Origin: Octopus vulgaris
Lineage: Eukaryota
NCBI GenBank assembly: GCA_951406725.2
Contig: OX597821.1
Location: 3,410,001 to 3,474,000, forward strand
Direction: 5' to 3'
Length of the DNA: 64,000 nucleotides
Positions 39,099 to 52,300 of the stretch are shown here, in pieces; within the stretch, counting starts at the first letter, position 1; every line of letters begins with the position of its first letter. A program made the position numbers and the translations under genes. The notes beneath the pieces are model-generated. The model had not been told where the DNA came from. It ran no database searches and was given only the letters and a program-made list of their open reading frames with translations.

Positions 39099-40482
39099 CG
39101 TATGTGTGTGTATCTGTGTGTGCGCGCGTGTGTGTTTAGGAATTGATTATATTCAGTGCTAGTTCAGCAGAATTGAAAGCATTGCAGTATATGTTAATCT
39201 GAAATGAATGTCTGTATGAGGTATTTTGACAGAAAATTAGAACATCAGCAACGCCGGTTCCAAGTAAGTGTTAACTAAGCCTAAAGGGAGACATCCACAT
39301 CGTTTCAATATTCTCCAATGCCGAGACAATTATTCACAAACGTATAAATACAGGCATATGAAAACAAAACTCCAAATAAACTGTATGTGAGTACTTGCAT
39401 GTACGCGTTTATGGAGTTTGGCGAGTGTGCGATAAATGAGTAAGTGTGTGGGTGTAATTAAGCTTCTGGATTTAGACAAAATTCTGCAATGATGTAATAC
39501 TACAACGTTTTACATATACATTTTCAAATATCATGCAAATTTTTAGTAGTGAATGTGTCATATTGGGGCTTCTTCCAGTTCTCCGTGAACTGTTGGTGAA
39601 CTAGTCACCTTCTACTTCTGCCCTACCTGTTTATATATTTAAAAGATATTTGACGATTGCGAGTTTATGCCCCGATGTAATCTAAAATGCATCAATAAAA
39701 CTCTACCGAAACAGCTGTTGAGAATTTTCAACCCCAGCTGTATTGTTCTCTGTAAATACAGTTATATATAAGTATATATGTGTGTAAGTATTTGCATATG
39801 AGTGCGTGTGTGTGTATGTGTGTCTGCAGGTATAGGTGTGTGGAGGTATGTATTTGTATATGTATATACATATGTAAAAGAATTTTAATATACTGAATGG
39901 CTTAGTTCTTCATACTATGTTGAAAACTACTAAGCTAATCGCCATAACGCTTTGTGTATTCTCTGCACATATACACTATGTATATGACATGATATCCAGG
40001 GGCGTTTGTTGCTATATACTTCACTTCCTGTGAGACGGATTCAGTCCTCTTTTTCCAACACATAAAATATTTATACAATTAAAGGATTCTAATGAGCTAC
40101 ATAATGAACGGCACCAGTTACTAGTAATTCATCTTTGGAGTTCTGCACATTGTCTATAATCTTAAAACACGTCTAAACAAAATATGTTAACGTGAAAGCG
40201 TATTAATAATGAATTACGTCACATCAATATTAAAGACATTTCTTAACTGTAAATCATTTTCTCATCGATAACAATTAAGTTATTTGATGTTTGGTTCATA
40301 TTTGTATTGTCTGCTCATTAAATCTTAGATTACTATAATATTATTCGCTCCGTGTACGCGATATTCATTTGTCATTATTTGATATATTACCCGATGAGAA
40401 AGTGACTGCGTTGTTGCATGAAGAATCCCTAATGAAAGTAAAAAAATGTTGAACTTGCATAAAGATGTATTATATGAATACA

Positions 40483-40551
<69 letters not shown>

Positions 40552-40697
40552 GTGCATGTGTGTGTGTGTGTGTATATCTGTCTGTGTATGTGTTTGTGTG
40601 TATATATATAGCCGCCTTCGTTATTTTGTATCTTACACATTACCATTTTGCTGAACCTGCTACCACTGATACACACATACATACTTGCATAGATACA

Positions 40698-40777
<80 letters not shown>

Positions 40778-40780
40778 AGC

Positions 40781-40880
40781 TTAAGAGGAATGACCACCAA
40801 GGTGGACCCCTAATATGCTAAAGATAGACGTGAAATCGCCTTACCACGAAGAGTGTGTTCTTGGTGATCATTCCTCTTAA
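40781..40880. repeat. 21-bp inverted repeat (1 mismatch) with 58-nt spacer
   Basis: ttaagaggaatgaccaccaag / cttggtgatcattcctcttaa. Confidence 0.85.
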
Positions 40881-40978
40881 TTTTGTATGCAATATAATTT
40901 TTAATCTTCGGAATTTTCAAATATACTAAGCCACCGGTTTTAATTGATTAATATCAATTTCTACACTCATTATTTAAG

Positions 40979-41048
<70 letters not shown>

Positions 41049-41865
41049 TGGTCGTCTCTCAATATATACATCATGCCTTTCAAAAGTTAGCATGATTCAA
41101 TTATCGACATTTATCTTTTGTTGCTCTTTTTTCTATTTAGTCGAAAATTTTCAATTTCTCTTATTGCTAACCTTGCACACTACATTATATTTAATGTAAT
41201 ATTAAATACTGAATCGACTGCTACTTTAGTTCGATAGAATATGTCTCAGTTTTCAACAAACAGCGCATACGAACATTAATATTAATTAAATGTCCTGAAC
41301 AGTCAAAAACAACTGTCTTTCCCTGTCCAGCCATTTCTCTATAAATGCACAATAGTTTCAAATTAATGTCATTTATTTTGTGTTGGTTAAAATTGTAGAT
41401 TTACTCTATACTCCATTATAATAATTTTCATGTCCTGAATTATACATATATTTTGCATGTTATATTGGTGATAATTCTTTTAACTTTTACTTATTTGACA
41501 TTCGATTGCGCCTATGCTGAGGAACAACCCAATGGTTTTAGACGAATGAATCGCCATTTGCTCCTGAATTTAAGTTTGACATCGGTTTATTCTATGAAAC
41601 TAATTTGCGGAACCGCTAGGTTACTGGAACAAAAAGAAACCGATGTATTATATCAAGCGGTGGTGAGAAACATTAAAAGCAAGAGCATATGTACACATAT
41701 ATCGTCCGGGTTTATATGCAGTTTCCGTGAACAAAATTCGCTCCCTTTTCATTAGTTGGCCGAAAAGGCTCACTATCTTGTCACGCTGTAACACCGAATA
41801 AGAAACTATATGCAAGGCCAACTTCCTAACAACCCTGGCATGACTGTGTCATGGTACTATTCTTT

Positions 41866-42238
41866 TGTTCTTTTATTTGTTGCACGTATTTTGGTTGCGG
41901 CTATGCTGGGGCTATGCTTTTAGTCGAGTAAATCTACCCCAGCACGTATTCTTAGTAAGCCTAGTACTATCAGTCGCTTTTGACTAACCGCTAAGTTACG
42001 GAAGCATGAATACACCAGCATTGGTTGTCAAGCGATAGTAGGCGCGACAAACACAGACATACACACATATATACGACGGACCTCTTTCAGTTTCAGTTTC
42101 TACCAAATCCACTTACAAGGCTTCGGCAGGCCCGAGGCTATAGTAGAACACACTTTTCCGAGATGCTACGCAGTGGGACTGAACACGGAACCATGTGGTT
42201 GGGAAACAAGCATCTTACCACATAGCCACGCCTGCTCC
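41866..42238 (-). mobile_element. SINE family C, full length
   Basis: Colinear with 58037-58450. Confidence 0.85.
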
Positions 42239-42653
42239 TAATATAATTACTATATTGGAATGCTTCAATGCTCGAATAATCATGGCATATACTGATGCGA
42301 TTTAAAAATAATTTGCTATTTTCTTTTTTTAAATAGAATCTACAAATTTAAATTACACATGACTATATCAGAAGACCTAGGTTTCTATTATATGCACCAT
42401 TTTATACATCTTCATTGCATTTGATCTTACATATGTTGGGACGATTTTGACCAAAATCTAAAAAGCAACGGTAACGAATGCAATCTACATAGAAATTACG
42501 GCAATTTAAAGCAACTGATAAGTGTTCTTTTTATCTAGGTATTTTTTCTATAAGCCATGTAAGTATATATGTACGTATATGGAAGCATATGAATGCATTT
42601 TTATCAAAGTATTCATCCACACAAACACATATTCTTCATATGCATATTTCTTC

Positions 42654-42742
42654 ATTTCCCTGAAGAGAAGATTACGTTGTTTTACACCATTTTATTCCTT
42701 TCGAATCATACCAGTGATATCCTCGAAACATGTGTCGGAAGT
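42654..42742 (+). ncRNA. Minimal type I hammerhead-ribozyme motif with intact core
   Basis: ATTTCC-CTGAAGA-GAAGAT...ATCCTC-GAAA-CATGTG-TC-GGAAGT. 6-bp stem I, G10.1-C11.1 pair, GUC triplet at 42734-42736. Confidence 0.8.
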
Positions 42743-43022
42743 AAAAGAATTTGAATAACACCTGCGTTTAACTCCATTTATTTCTTTATTTATTTATATC
42801 ATAGAAAATATTTCACGTAAACTCGGAGTTTCTACCTTTAAAAACAAAGATTTACAGACTTTTTGCTTGTGTGATTTTCTGCTACCCTGGTAAGTATTTA
42901 TCTAATTTTTTCCGTGCTAATTGTTAACAAGGGAAAAATACACACATCTATCTATCTATATATCTATCTATCTGTCTATCTCTCTGTCTCTCTCTGTCTG
43001 TCTGTCTGTCTCTGTCTCTGTG

Positions 43023-43105
<83 letters not shown>

Positions 43106-43199
43106 GTGTGTGTGTGTGACAATCTGCTTATGTATTTTGTTTTATTGCATATAACTGGTATTATTTAGATATAGCCATAGAGCTCTCTGTATTCATGAC

Positions 43200-43252
<53 letters not shown>

Positions 43253-43358
43253 GCATCAGTAGGTGTGTGTGTGTATGCGCGTCTACATGTGGGTGTGTAT
43301 TTGTGTGCGTCTCAGTATGCATCTAGAAACATAAGTAGATTGAAAACTAGATAAATTA

Positions 43359-43393
<35 letters not shown>

Positions 43394-43401
<8 letters not shown>

Positions 43402-43508
43402 TGCGTGCACGTGAATAGATATGTAAATTCTACACGCACACCAATATATATATATATGTTTGTATGCGAGTAGAATTTGCATATCTATTCACGTACACAC
43501 ACGCATAT
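43394..43508. repeat. Imperfect palindrome with ~50-bp arms around a (TA)n loop
   Basis: cgtgaatagatatgtaaattctac vs gtagaatttgcatatctattcacg. Confidence 0.85.
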
Positions 43509-44055
43509 AAAATCAATTACATGCTCCTACAAATCTACGTTTGAACGTGCGTCGGCGTGTATGTCTATATGTGTGTGTATGAGTGTATTTATGTGTGTGT
43601 GAGTGTGCATGTGTACGTGACAACACGCCTGCTCGCGCGCCCGCTTGAATTTTCAAATTTTCTAGATGAGGATCAATACAAAATGTCTGCCATAGAAGCT
43701 CTCAAGTAGTTCAACATCATATCATTAGGAGTGTCTGCCAGTAAGTTGTTTTAAGGAGATACTTCAATTAACGATATAAACTGAGTTCTCCAGTAGTGTT
43801 GAAAATATCTTTATTTCTGAAAATCAGATTATCTGAAGTGGTTACAATATTCATTGATTCGTTTACACTATATTAAAGCTATAGATTCTTATATCAGATA
43901 AATATCGTCCTTCAAAATATATTGTGTAATCGTACATAAGTATAGATAAACACAGACACCAAAAAATATTACTTGAAAAAAATAAAATTGTATGTATTCT
44001 TATGCTTCATCGGATGATTAATTCCCACCCTTTCTCTCCTTCTCACAGTCTATTT

Positions 44056-44108
<53 letters not shown>

Positions 44109-44224
44109 ATCTCTCTCTCACTCACTCGTTCTTCCAAAATAACTGCGTGCATCTATCTGTCTATCTATCTATCTATCTTTCTCAACACACGCACACACAG
44201 ACACATACACACACATACAAACAC

Positions 44225-44261
<37 letters not shown>

Positions 44262-44294
44262 CATATATATATACATACATATATATACATATAT

Positions 44295-44348
<54 letters not shown>

Positions 44349-45449
44349 ATATATATATATATATTTTGGGTGTTTATATATTCATATATATAAATATATA
44401 TGTATGTGTGTGTATGTGTGTGTGTGTGTGTCTATATATGTATTTGTTTGTGGAGGTGTGTGCAATCGGCAATGAGTATGCGTGTGTATGTGAGTACATG
44501 ACCTTGCGTTTACTGCATATAAATTGTTGCATTTACGCACATGTCCCCTTCCTTCTACACTTCAAAACCACTAAAAATATAAAAAAATAATAAATGTACC
44601 ATATTATACAACTGATTTATATATGCATATGCGCACATAAATGATTATATACACATTATATGAGTACTCGAGTGTGTCTGTATGTTTGTGAAAATGCGTG
44701 TGTTTGTCTGAGCTTTGTGTTAACAATCAACATTCTGGTAGAGTGATGTTGGCTTGAGTCTGAAAAACTCTATTTTGGTGAAAATGAAGTTTCTTAAGTT
44801 TATAAACTGTTTAGAAAAGTTTGTGACTTGTCTTGTCGGACAATGTCCGTTTCTGGGTAGTCAGTAATATTTTTGTTTCTGTTTTGAATATGGAAATGAT
44901 GAAAATTTACCGGACATTGCACTTGTAGACTTTGCCAATGTCAGAAAAGTTGTTTGTGTTAGAGAAGAAAATTAAGAGAAAATAGAACCGATAGAACGGG
45001 ATGAAAGATCATAGTAGCTACTTTAGGGAAGAGAGAGAATTTCTTGGGAGTGGTCATCAACGGTTACGCCATGAAGGTTTGAATTAGCGAGGATTCGCAT
45101 TGTCCACACACGTATACACACACATCTATTCCAAAATATATGAATGCTCACCGTTAGACTGTTTTTGCTGGCAGAAACTATTACGAAAATGTAGGTGGTG
45201 TGAGGACAAATTCGGATCTATATACATGTAGTTCAATGTTGAAATTGTGGAAATTACGCTTCCAGTTCGATGTAACTGAATTTAATACGTGTCGAGACAT
45301 ATATGCCTCGCGTAAACGGTGTCGTGAAATTCACACATTGGCTTCTGAATGTTTGTCAACTCAAACGTAAACATGGATGAAGCGTTCGTCCTTATATATT
45401 CATAAAAATATTTAAAACATATTAGTATTAAAAGGGTAACCAGTATATT

Positions 45450-45812
45450 CTTTTACTCGTTTCAGTCTTTTGATTGCGGCAATGCTGGAGCACCGTTTTT
45501 AGGCGAGCAAATCGACCCCAGGACTTATTCTTTTGAAGCCTAGTAATTATTCTATCGGATCTCGTTTGCTGAACGGCTAAGTTACGGGGACGTAAACACA
45601 CCAGCATCGGTTGTCAAGCGATGTAGGGGGGTGGGGCGGACAAACACACACATATATACAACAGGCATCTTTCAGTTTTCGTCTACCAAATCCACTCACA
45701 AGGCTTTGGTCGGCCCGAGGCTATAGTAGAAGACACTGGCCCAAGGTGCCATGCAGTGAGCCTGAACCTGGAACCACGTGGTAGATAAGCAAGCTACTTA
45801 CCGCACAGCCAC
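45450..45812 (-). mobile_element. SINE family C, full length, short internal microsatellite
   Basis: Colinear with 58037-58450. Confidence 0.88.
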
Positions 45813-46388
45813 AATAGAAAGAATTTCAAACGTAAATATAAATGCATTCTGAATAACAGAAATACAAAAAAAATCAAGTGGAGAGCGACATGATTAAGCG
45901 GGAAATGAAGAGAAATGTATTCAGTATTAAGGGAGAAATTCCGTGTAATGCTGCACGGTGGGTTGAAATGTCAAAGGTCAAATTTGGAAAATGTTCTCAT
46001 GAAGTGTGTTGAACTGGGACCCTAAAGAGTAGCTCATAGCAGAAGGGAAGGAAGAATATATACAGCGAACAATGACCCAGGTGATGAAAGATTTGCAAAT
46101 TTAGTAATAGGCGTATTTGGTGAGTAACAGCTGGTTATGCACAAACGGTAAGGAAAGTGGCTAGAAATATATTCTGTGAACTAATCGTTCAAAGTCTGTG
46201 CTACACACCATAAGATGTACTTATTTCGGTGAAATGCAGCACAATTATGCGAGATCTATTGAAGCATTGTTCACAAAAGTGTGTAAGTAGTTGCTAAATG
46301 ATATAAATACGGGATATGGTAGAAGTCTGTGTGAATTCAATAAGTGGTCGAGTCAAATCTACAAAATACATGCATACATACATACATG

Positions 46389-46469
<81 letters not shown>

Positions 46470-48009
46470 ATCTGTTTGTCTGTGAATGTGTGTATGTGCA
46501 AGCATGTAAGTGTGTGTGTAAGATTATATATGCATCCTTATGCAAATGCATATATACAACTCCGCATCTACGCGATCATATACAACGAAAAGAAAAATTA
46601 TATAAAAAAATAAAACGAAATGACTGTGAAAGAAGGTGGCGAATATATTTTAGAAGACTTCGAATGGGCAGATAGAAGAGAATACAATATTTTCTTCTTG
46701 TTTTCGTTTTGTCTTTGTTTTTTTATTTGTCCGTGTTTTGTGCAATACCTTGTAAAATGTTAATCGTCAGTAATTTCCTTATCACAATTAGATTCTAACC
46801 AATATATGAAGACATCAGAGATCGGAGCATTTCGTTGGAACTAAATATAGCTGAAGTAATCGCATTAGAAATAATCGTATCAAAATCAACCAGAACTATA
46901 ACACCATCACTGACAACAACAACAACAACATCATCATCATCATCATCATCAACAACAACAATAGCAGCAGCATCCACAATAAAAGCTTGTAATAAAATCA
47001 GGTATATCAAAGGGAGGAAAAAATCGAATATTGTGAGTGTATAAAATGAATTTGTCTTTTCCATGGAAGTACGTTAGAATTGGCTTTCTTTGTCATTATA
47101 TTTATGTTGTCTCTCAATTATTTCCAATTCTATGAATGTCATCGATTAATAATTTCCAATGTTACAGTAACATCCATCGAATTTACGTCAGTGTGTAAAA
47201 ATGGAACATCTACAAACAAAACCAATTAGAAAGAAAAAAAGAATTATAACAAAGGGAACTTATAATATCAAAATATTGATATATTTTGTTAAAGAACAAA
47301 GGATCTATTCGTTTCAGAAAGGAAAATATGATTTTGTCACATTCTTGTCATCCTTAATATAATTAGAGCTGTAAGAGGAATAACAATAGTGGAGAGCAGA
47401 GATTCTATACGCACAGTCTTATCAGAATAGTCGTTATTGAAGAGGACTGACCTCCATGTACTCGATCGACCAGATAGAAATAGTATCTAATTTAGCTACT
47501 AATCATACTTTAGCATCTAGCTGGAAGGATGCATCAAATGATATAGTTGTTGTTTTATTATGGCTAAAAGGAAAAGGCAAGAAGTCCATCTTATCACGTG
47601 CCTGAGTTAGAAATCACAGTGAAAATCAACAAATCATATGTCGAATATACGGCTTTTGTAGAATAAGTTCCTCATATGATCAGTGTTGCTGTTAAGACCC
47701 TGAGTTGGAGCCTGGATATGGTCGTTCTTTGTGCTAGAAAAAGAGCTATTCTTCTCTAAACTCACAAACTACAGTCTTTGCCAAAATAGGAAATGATGAA
47801 TAGGCGTGCCTTTTATCTTTACTTGTCAGGCACAACGTTGAAGGGTCTTAGACGAGTCAGTCGACCCAGCATTTACTTTTTAAGTGCTGTACATGTTTTA
47901 TCGGTCTCTTTTGCCGTGCCGAAATAACACCGGAACACAAAGATATCAACACTGGTCCGCAAGTGGTGTTTGGGATTCAGGCATAGATACGAACACATCG
48001 TAAGTAAAG

Positions 48010-48255
48010 TTCTTTCTCGAGTCATGTAGACTCATGGGGCCGGTTTTCCGGTGTCCAAGGCGTACAATTTCTCCACCTGGATGGCACGCTGGTAAGCCGA
48101 AAGATTACTCATTTTTGCCAGCTGAGTGAACTGACGCACTGTAAAATGAAGTGTTTTGCTCAAGAACACAAAGCGTCCCTCGGTCTAGCAATTGAAACCA
48201 CGATCTTACTATTATGAATCCAACACTCTAAACCAACCACTAAGTCACACGATCC
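48010..48255 (-). mobile_element. SINE family B
   Basis: Colinear with 7024-7266. Confidence 0.78.
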
Positions 48256-48489
48256 ACATACTACCTAAATACCAATCTTGAGAAATTAAGCATCTCAAAA
48301 CCAGAAGGGAGAAAGATTATTCGAAGGCTACAGATCCAATCCATCACTGGAACTGTAAATTTCTGTAAAGTTTTCCAAAAGTTTATCATTTAAATATATA
48401 TGATCATGTCTAGATATATAAATATTATATATGCATGAGAAGACGTATATAAAACATTCAAATCTGCACGTACACACACACACACACAC

Positions 48490-48530
<41 letters not shown>

Positions 48531-48591
48531 CATACATACATACATACATACATACATACATACATACATACATACATACATAAATACATAC

Positions 48592-48685
48592 CCTATTGTT
48601 GTTGTTCAAATTCCAATGAAGGGACCTTTGATCTAGGTTAGAAATTGGTTCTTTATTGGCAAGAAATCTTGAAATAACTGAATAC
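48592..48685 (+). repeat. ~95-bp dispersed repeat embedded in (TACA)n
   Basis: Reverse-complement copy at 56488-56590. Confidence 0.75.
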
Positions 48686-48929
48686 ATACATACATACATG
48701 CATACATACATAACATAGATACATACATACATACATACATACATACATACATACAATGAGTCAACACCATTTTCCGGACACCAGAGATATAGCACATATA
48801 CGCTTAGTGATAAACGCATGTAAACATGTGCATGATATTCCCCTTCTGACTACACTGCTTGAGCCCTTATTCAACAATTTAAATAGCATTCTATAAACAT
48901 TTTATTAAACGTGGTACAATATTTTTTCG

Positions 48930-49800
48930 GCCAGTATCACTTTAGTAATCCACACATTCGCCTTTCTTTTTGATCGTCTCCAATATTTATTCGTTTTACG
49001 AGACAAATACGTTCATCATAACACATTTTTTTGTCTCTATCAGTCTTCATGTGGGTTTTAAATTCCGTTTCCATAATTCTACCTCACTTGTCTCTTCTAG
49101 ACTCTAATATAAAAGCTGTGCCAACATTTCCAATATATCTTCTATTACATTTCAGTCTGGATTTCCCTCCAGCCATTCTAGTAGACTTATTCTTATGTCG
49201 TGCATCTATTCCTTGACTGGTTTTGACACATGAATGCTGCAGTTAATATGTTCGCGGATTAAATTTTCTCCCATTTCTTCTCTAATACAGAGCAAGGTAC
49301 TCGTTTGCAACAACTGATGGGATTCATGCTGTTCTGCCTTCCTTTCAGCCACCCTCACCTAAAATAACCATTCCCTGTATCATACACCACCCGACTCATC
49401 TTCTTATGTTCAGCTTCACTGGTTCAAATTTCCTTGCTCAAGAGCAATAGTCGTGAAGTCCATCGAAGTTAAATTGCGTCTCGTTAGTAAAAAGAAGTTT
49501 GGTAAAAATCAACAGAAATAGTCGACCATAATTTTGCGCAGTCTAACCTTGTCCTCTTACGTCATTGCGGAAATGAATTTTCCTCTGGGCCTTTTCATAC
49601 TTGTATCCAATTTCTTTCAGCTTTCTTTGAACTTTTCGAACATTTACATTTATTTTATATTTCTGCTTCACCTTCACTGTCATCTCTCCTCCAGCTGCGA
49701 GTACACAGGACACATTTACGTTCATTTGCCTTCATGTTCTCCAGTCAAGAGACTTTTTGTTCCCTCTTTTCTTCTCCTTCCAGTTATAGTGATTTTATAA
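48930..49800 (-). mobile_element. Highly degraded RTE-clade LINE fragment
   Basis: SCVLAAGGEMTVKVKQK resembles GSxLxxDGExxxEVxHR; GGKSRL...VGTAFILE resembles the RTE C-terminus. Confidence 0.35.
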
Positions 49801-50929
49801 CATACATTCCACGATAGAGATCGAAAGCCTCCAATTAACGGCTGTTTTTCTTAGGTTAAGATCACCCCTCTTCCCTCTCTGGTGTTTGAAAAGCTTGTTC
49901 ACTTCTTGTACATACACACACATACACATCCAAACACACACACATAAACACACACGCACAAACACACACACACACACACACACACACGCGCGCGCACATA
50001 TATATAAACAACTCCGTGAACGTGGTCTGCGATGTGGTGCAACAGCAGCGACAGCAGTAGCAACAACTTTAGGATACAAACACAGAAATATGCTGAAGCA
50101 ATTGATACGAATTTTGCTGTCACTAATTAAGCAAAAGTACTCTTTTAACATCCTGAAGAGGTGCAACATTGCATCTATTGCGGAATACATATAAGGTTTA
50201 AAAGAAGAGAGAACGCTACACAGATTTAAATGGAAGCAAATGGAAGCTCGGGAGCACATGATCCAAAACTTTGGGTAAGGAATTTAAATAAACGTTTGAT
50301 CCGAGTCTCTTAAATTCGAAAAGTCAGGCATTTAGTAGGTGTCCTCATGAGAGAAAATTCACATTCAGAGACAGTCATGAAACTTCCCGCTTGCTGACTA
50401 GTGAACGAAAATCGTACGTAAACTGAGCCATTTTTAATACAGCTGGAACCGTTTAAAGGGAGTTAATTATGTCTCGTCTAAGGAGAGTTTCGTCCCGAAG
50501 AATTTCGGTTTTTCGCTGGCAAAGACTTATTTTTGCCTCTATTAGTACGGAGGTCATGTGCCTACGGCCAGTAGGTCTATTGCTCATCTAAATTGACGAA
50601 AGAAATAATAGACATCAAACCAATGGTAACTTCTTGACTGGTCCTAACAAGCGTCTACAAAATATCATATACATATATATATATATATTTGTGTGTGTAT
50701 ACAAGGCCCTTTCACACAGCTTCTGCCTGCCAAATTCACTCACAAGGCATCGGTCAGTTCGGATTTATAGTGGAAGGGATGCTATTAACTCCAAGGCAGT
50801 CGCACAGTAGGATTGAAACCAAAGCGACATTTTTATGCAGCGAACTTCATAACAACTGCTGAGAAAAACCAAAAGTAGAGCTGGATTTACTTAGACCGTA
50901 AATCTTGTCTGCGTATTCCCTATCGCCAT

Positions 50930-51265
50930 GGGAAAGCGCCTGGCTCAGTGGTTTGAGCGTCGAGCTTACGATCGTGAAGTTGTGAGTTCGATTCCCGGAT
51001 CGGGCTGCGTGTTGTGTTCTTGAGCAAGACACTTTATTTCACGTTCCTCCAGTTTACTCAGCTGTAGAAATGAGTTGCGATATCACTGGTGCCAAACTGT
51101 ATAGGCCCTTGCCTTTCCCTTGGATAACATCGGTGGTGTGTAGAGAGGAGGCTGATATGCATGGGCGACTACTGGCCTTCCACGAACAACCTTGCCCTGA
51201 TATGTGCCTCGGAGGGTAAATTTTTAGGTGCAATCCCATGGTCATTCATGACCGAAGGGGGTCTC
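50930..51265 (+). mobile_element. SINE family B2, full length
   Basis: tggctcagtgg (A-box-like), gagttcgattcc (B-box-like), gttgtgttcttgagcaagacactttatttcacg core. Confidence 0.85.
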
Positions 51266-51689
51266 CTCCTCCTTATTCCCTATCGTCATAATAGGTGACA
51301 TCAAAATCATAATATCGACACGAATAAGGGCCACTACATCAATTGTTGTTTCTTTGTCGCACATTCTTCATGATTTGTTTATTTCCATTTAAATGTTTAT
51401 AAATACTTTAATTTTCAATTAATGTTCTATTAATCTCGGTCGTTTCGTGGGGCAGAGTGCCCCTCAAAACATTGCTTCTTCTCAAAATGATCAAGCTGGA
51501 TTTCCTAGCTCAGGGCTGTTACCCAACCATCTTGCTTATGGACTCCCCCTGTGTCTCTCTTGATTGGTTTTGTCCAGCGGTTCTTTCCCGATACGTTCTT
51601 ACAGCATGTCCGAAGTATCGGAAAGGCACCTCTTAACTCGAAGATGAGATTTTAAGAATAAGATATCAGTCAATTTACACATATATAGG

Positions 51690-52030
51690 TCAGGCTGTTT
51701 GCATGAAGTTTACTTCCCAATCACATGGTTCCGGGTTCAGTCCCATTGCGTGGCACCCTCACCAACCAGATTCGTGTGAGTGAATTTGGTGGATGGAAAC
51801 GCGCGTGTGTGTGTGTGTGCGTGTGTGTCTGTGTGTCTGTCTTTGTGCCTGAGGATGTCTCCTACCAAGCATCGGTGACCAATGTTGGTGTATATGCGGC
51901 CCTGTAACCTTGCGGTTCGGGAAAACTGGCCGACAGTATAAGTACTAGACTTTAAAAGAAATAAGTACTGGGGTGGATGCATTCAACTAAAAATTCAACT
52001 CGGTGCCCCAGCCTGGCCACAGTCTAATGA
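51690..52030 (+). mobile_element. SINE family C, degraded
   Basis: cacatggttccgggttcagtcccattgcgtggcacc...ggtgccccagcctggccacagtc. Confidence 0.75.
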
Positions 52031-52264
52031 TTCTACTTTGAACTTTGGCAAAGGCTTAAGTGAGCTGTGTCAAAGGTGGATAAGCGCCGTGAGTTGTTGC
52101 AGTTCATGGAATGGACTCCGGTACGTGTTTTCAAATGCCTGGTACTTTGCTGAAACGCTAGATTATGGGAATGTAAGCAAACCGACACCGCTTATCAAGC
52201 GATGGTGGGAGATAAATGCAAAGACTAAGTTACATGCACACGCACACACATATACACACACACA

Positions 52265-52300
<36 letters not shown>

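Noticed and set aside
41453-41755. 100-aa ORF with signal-peptide-like start
   Set aside because: TTG start, and the sequence overlaps a degraded minus-strand family C SINE tail (gaaccgctaggttac...tcaagcggtggtg)
46795-47064. ORFs with poly-T/S/D/V runs
   Set aside because: Explained by a short (CAA)(CAT) trinucleotide tract
50153-50180. CTGAAGA followed by hairpin GGTGCAA/TTGCATC
   Set aside because: No GAAA or stem III after the hairpin
50930-51010. tRNA-like sequences with A/B boxes (also at 63345)
   Set aside because: These are SINE heads continuing into core and tail, not tRNA genes
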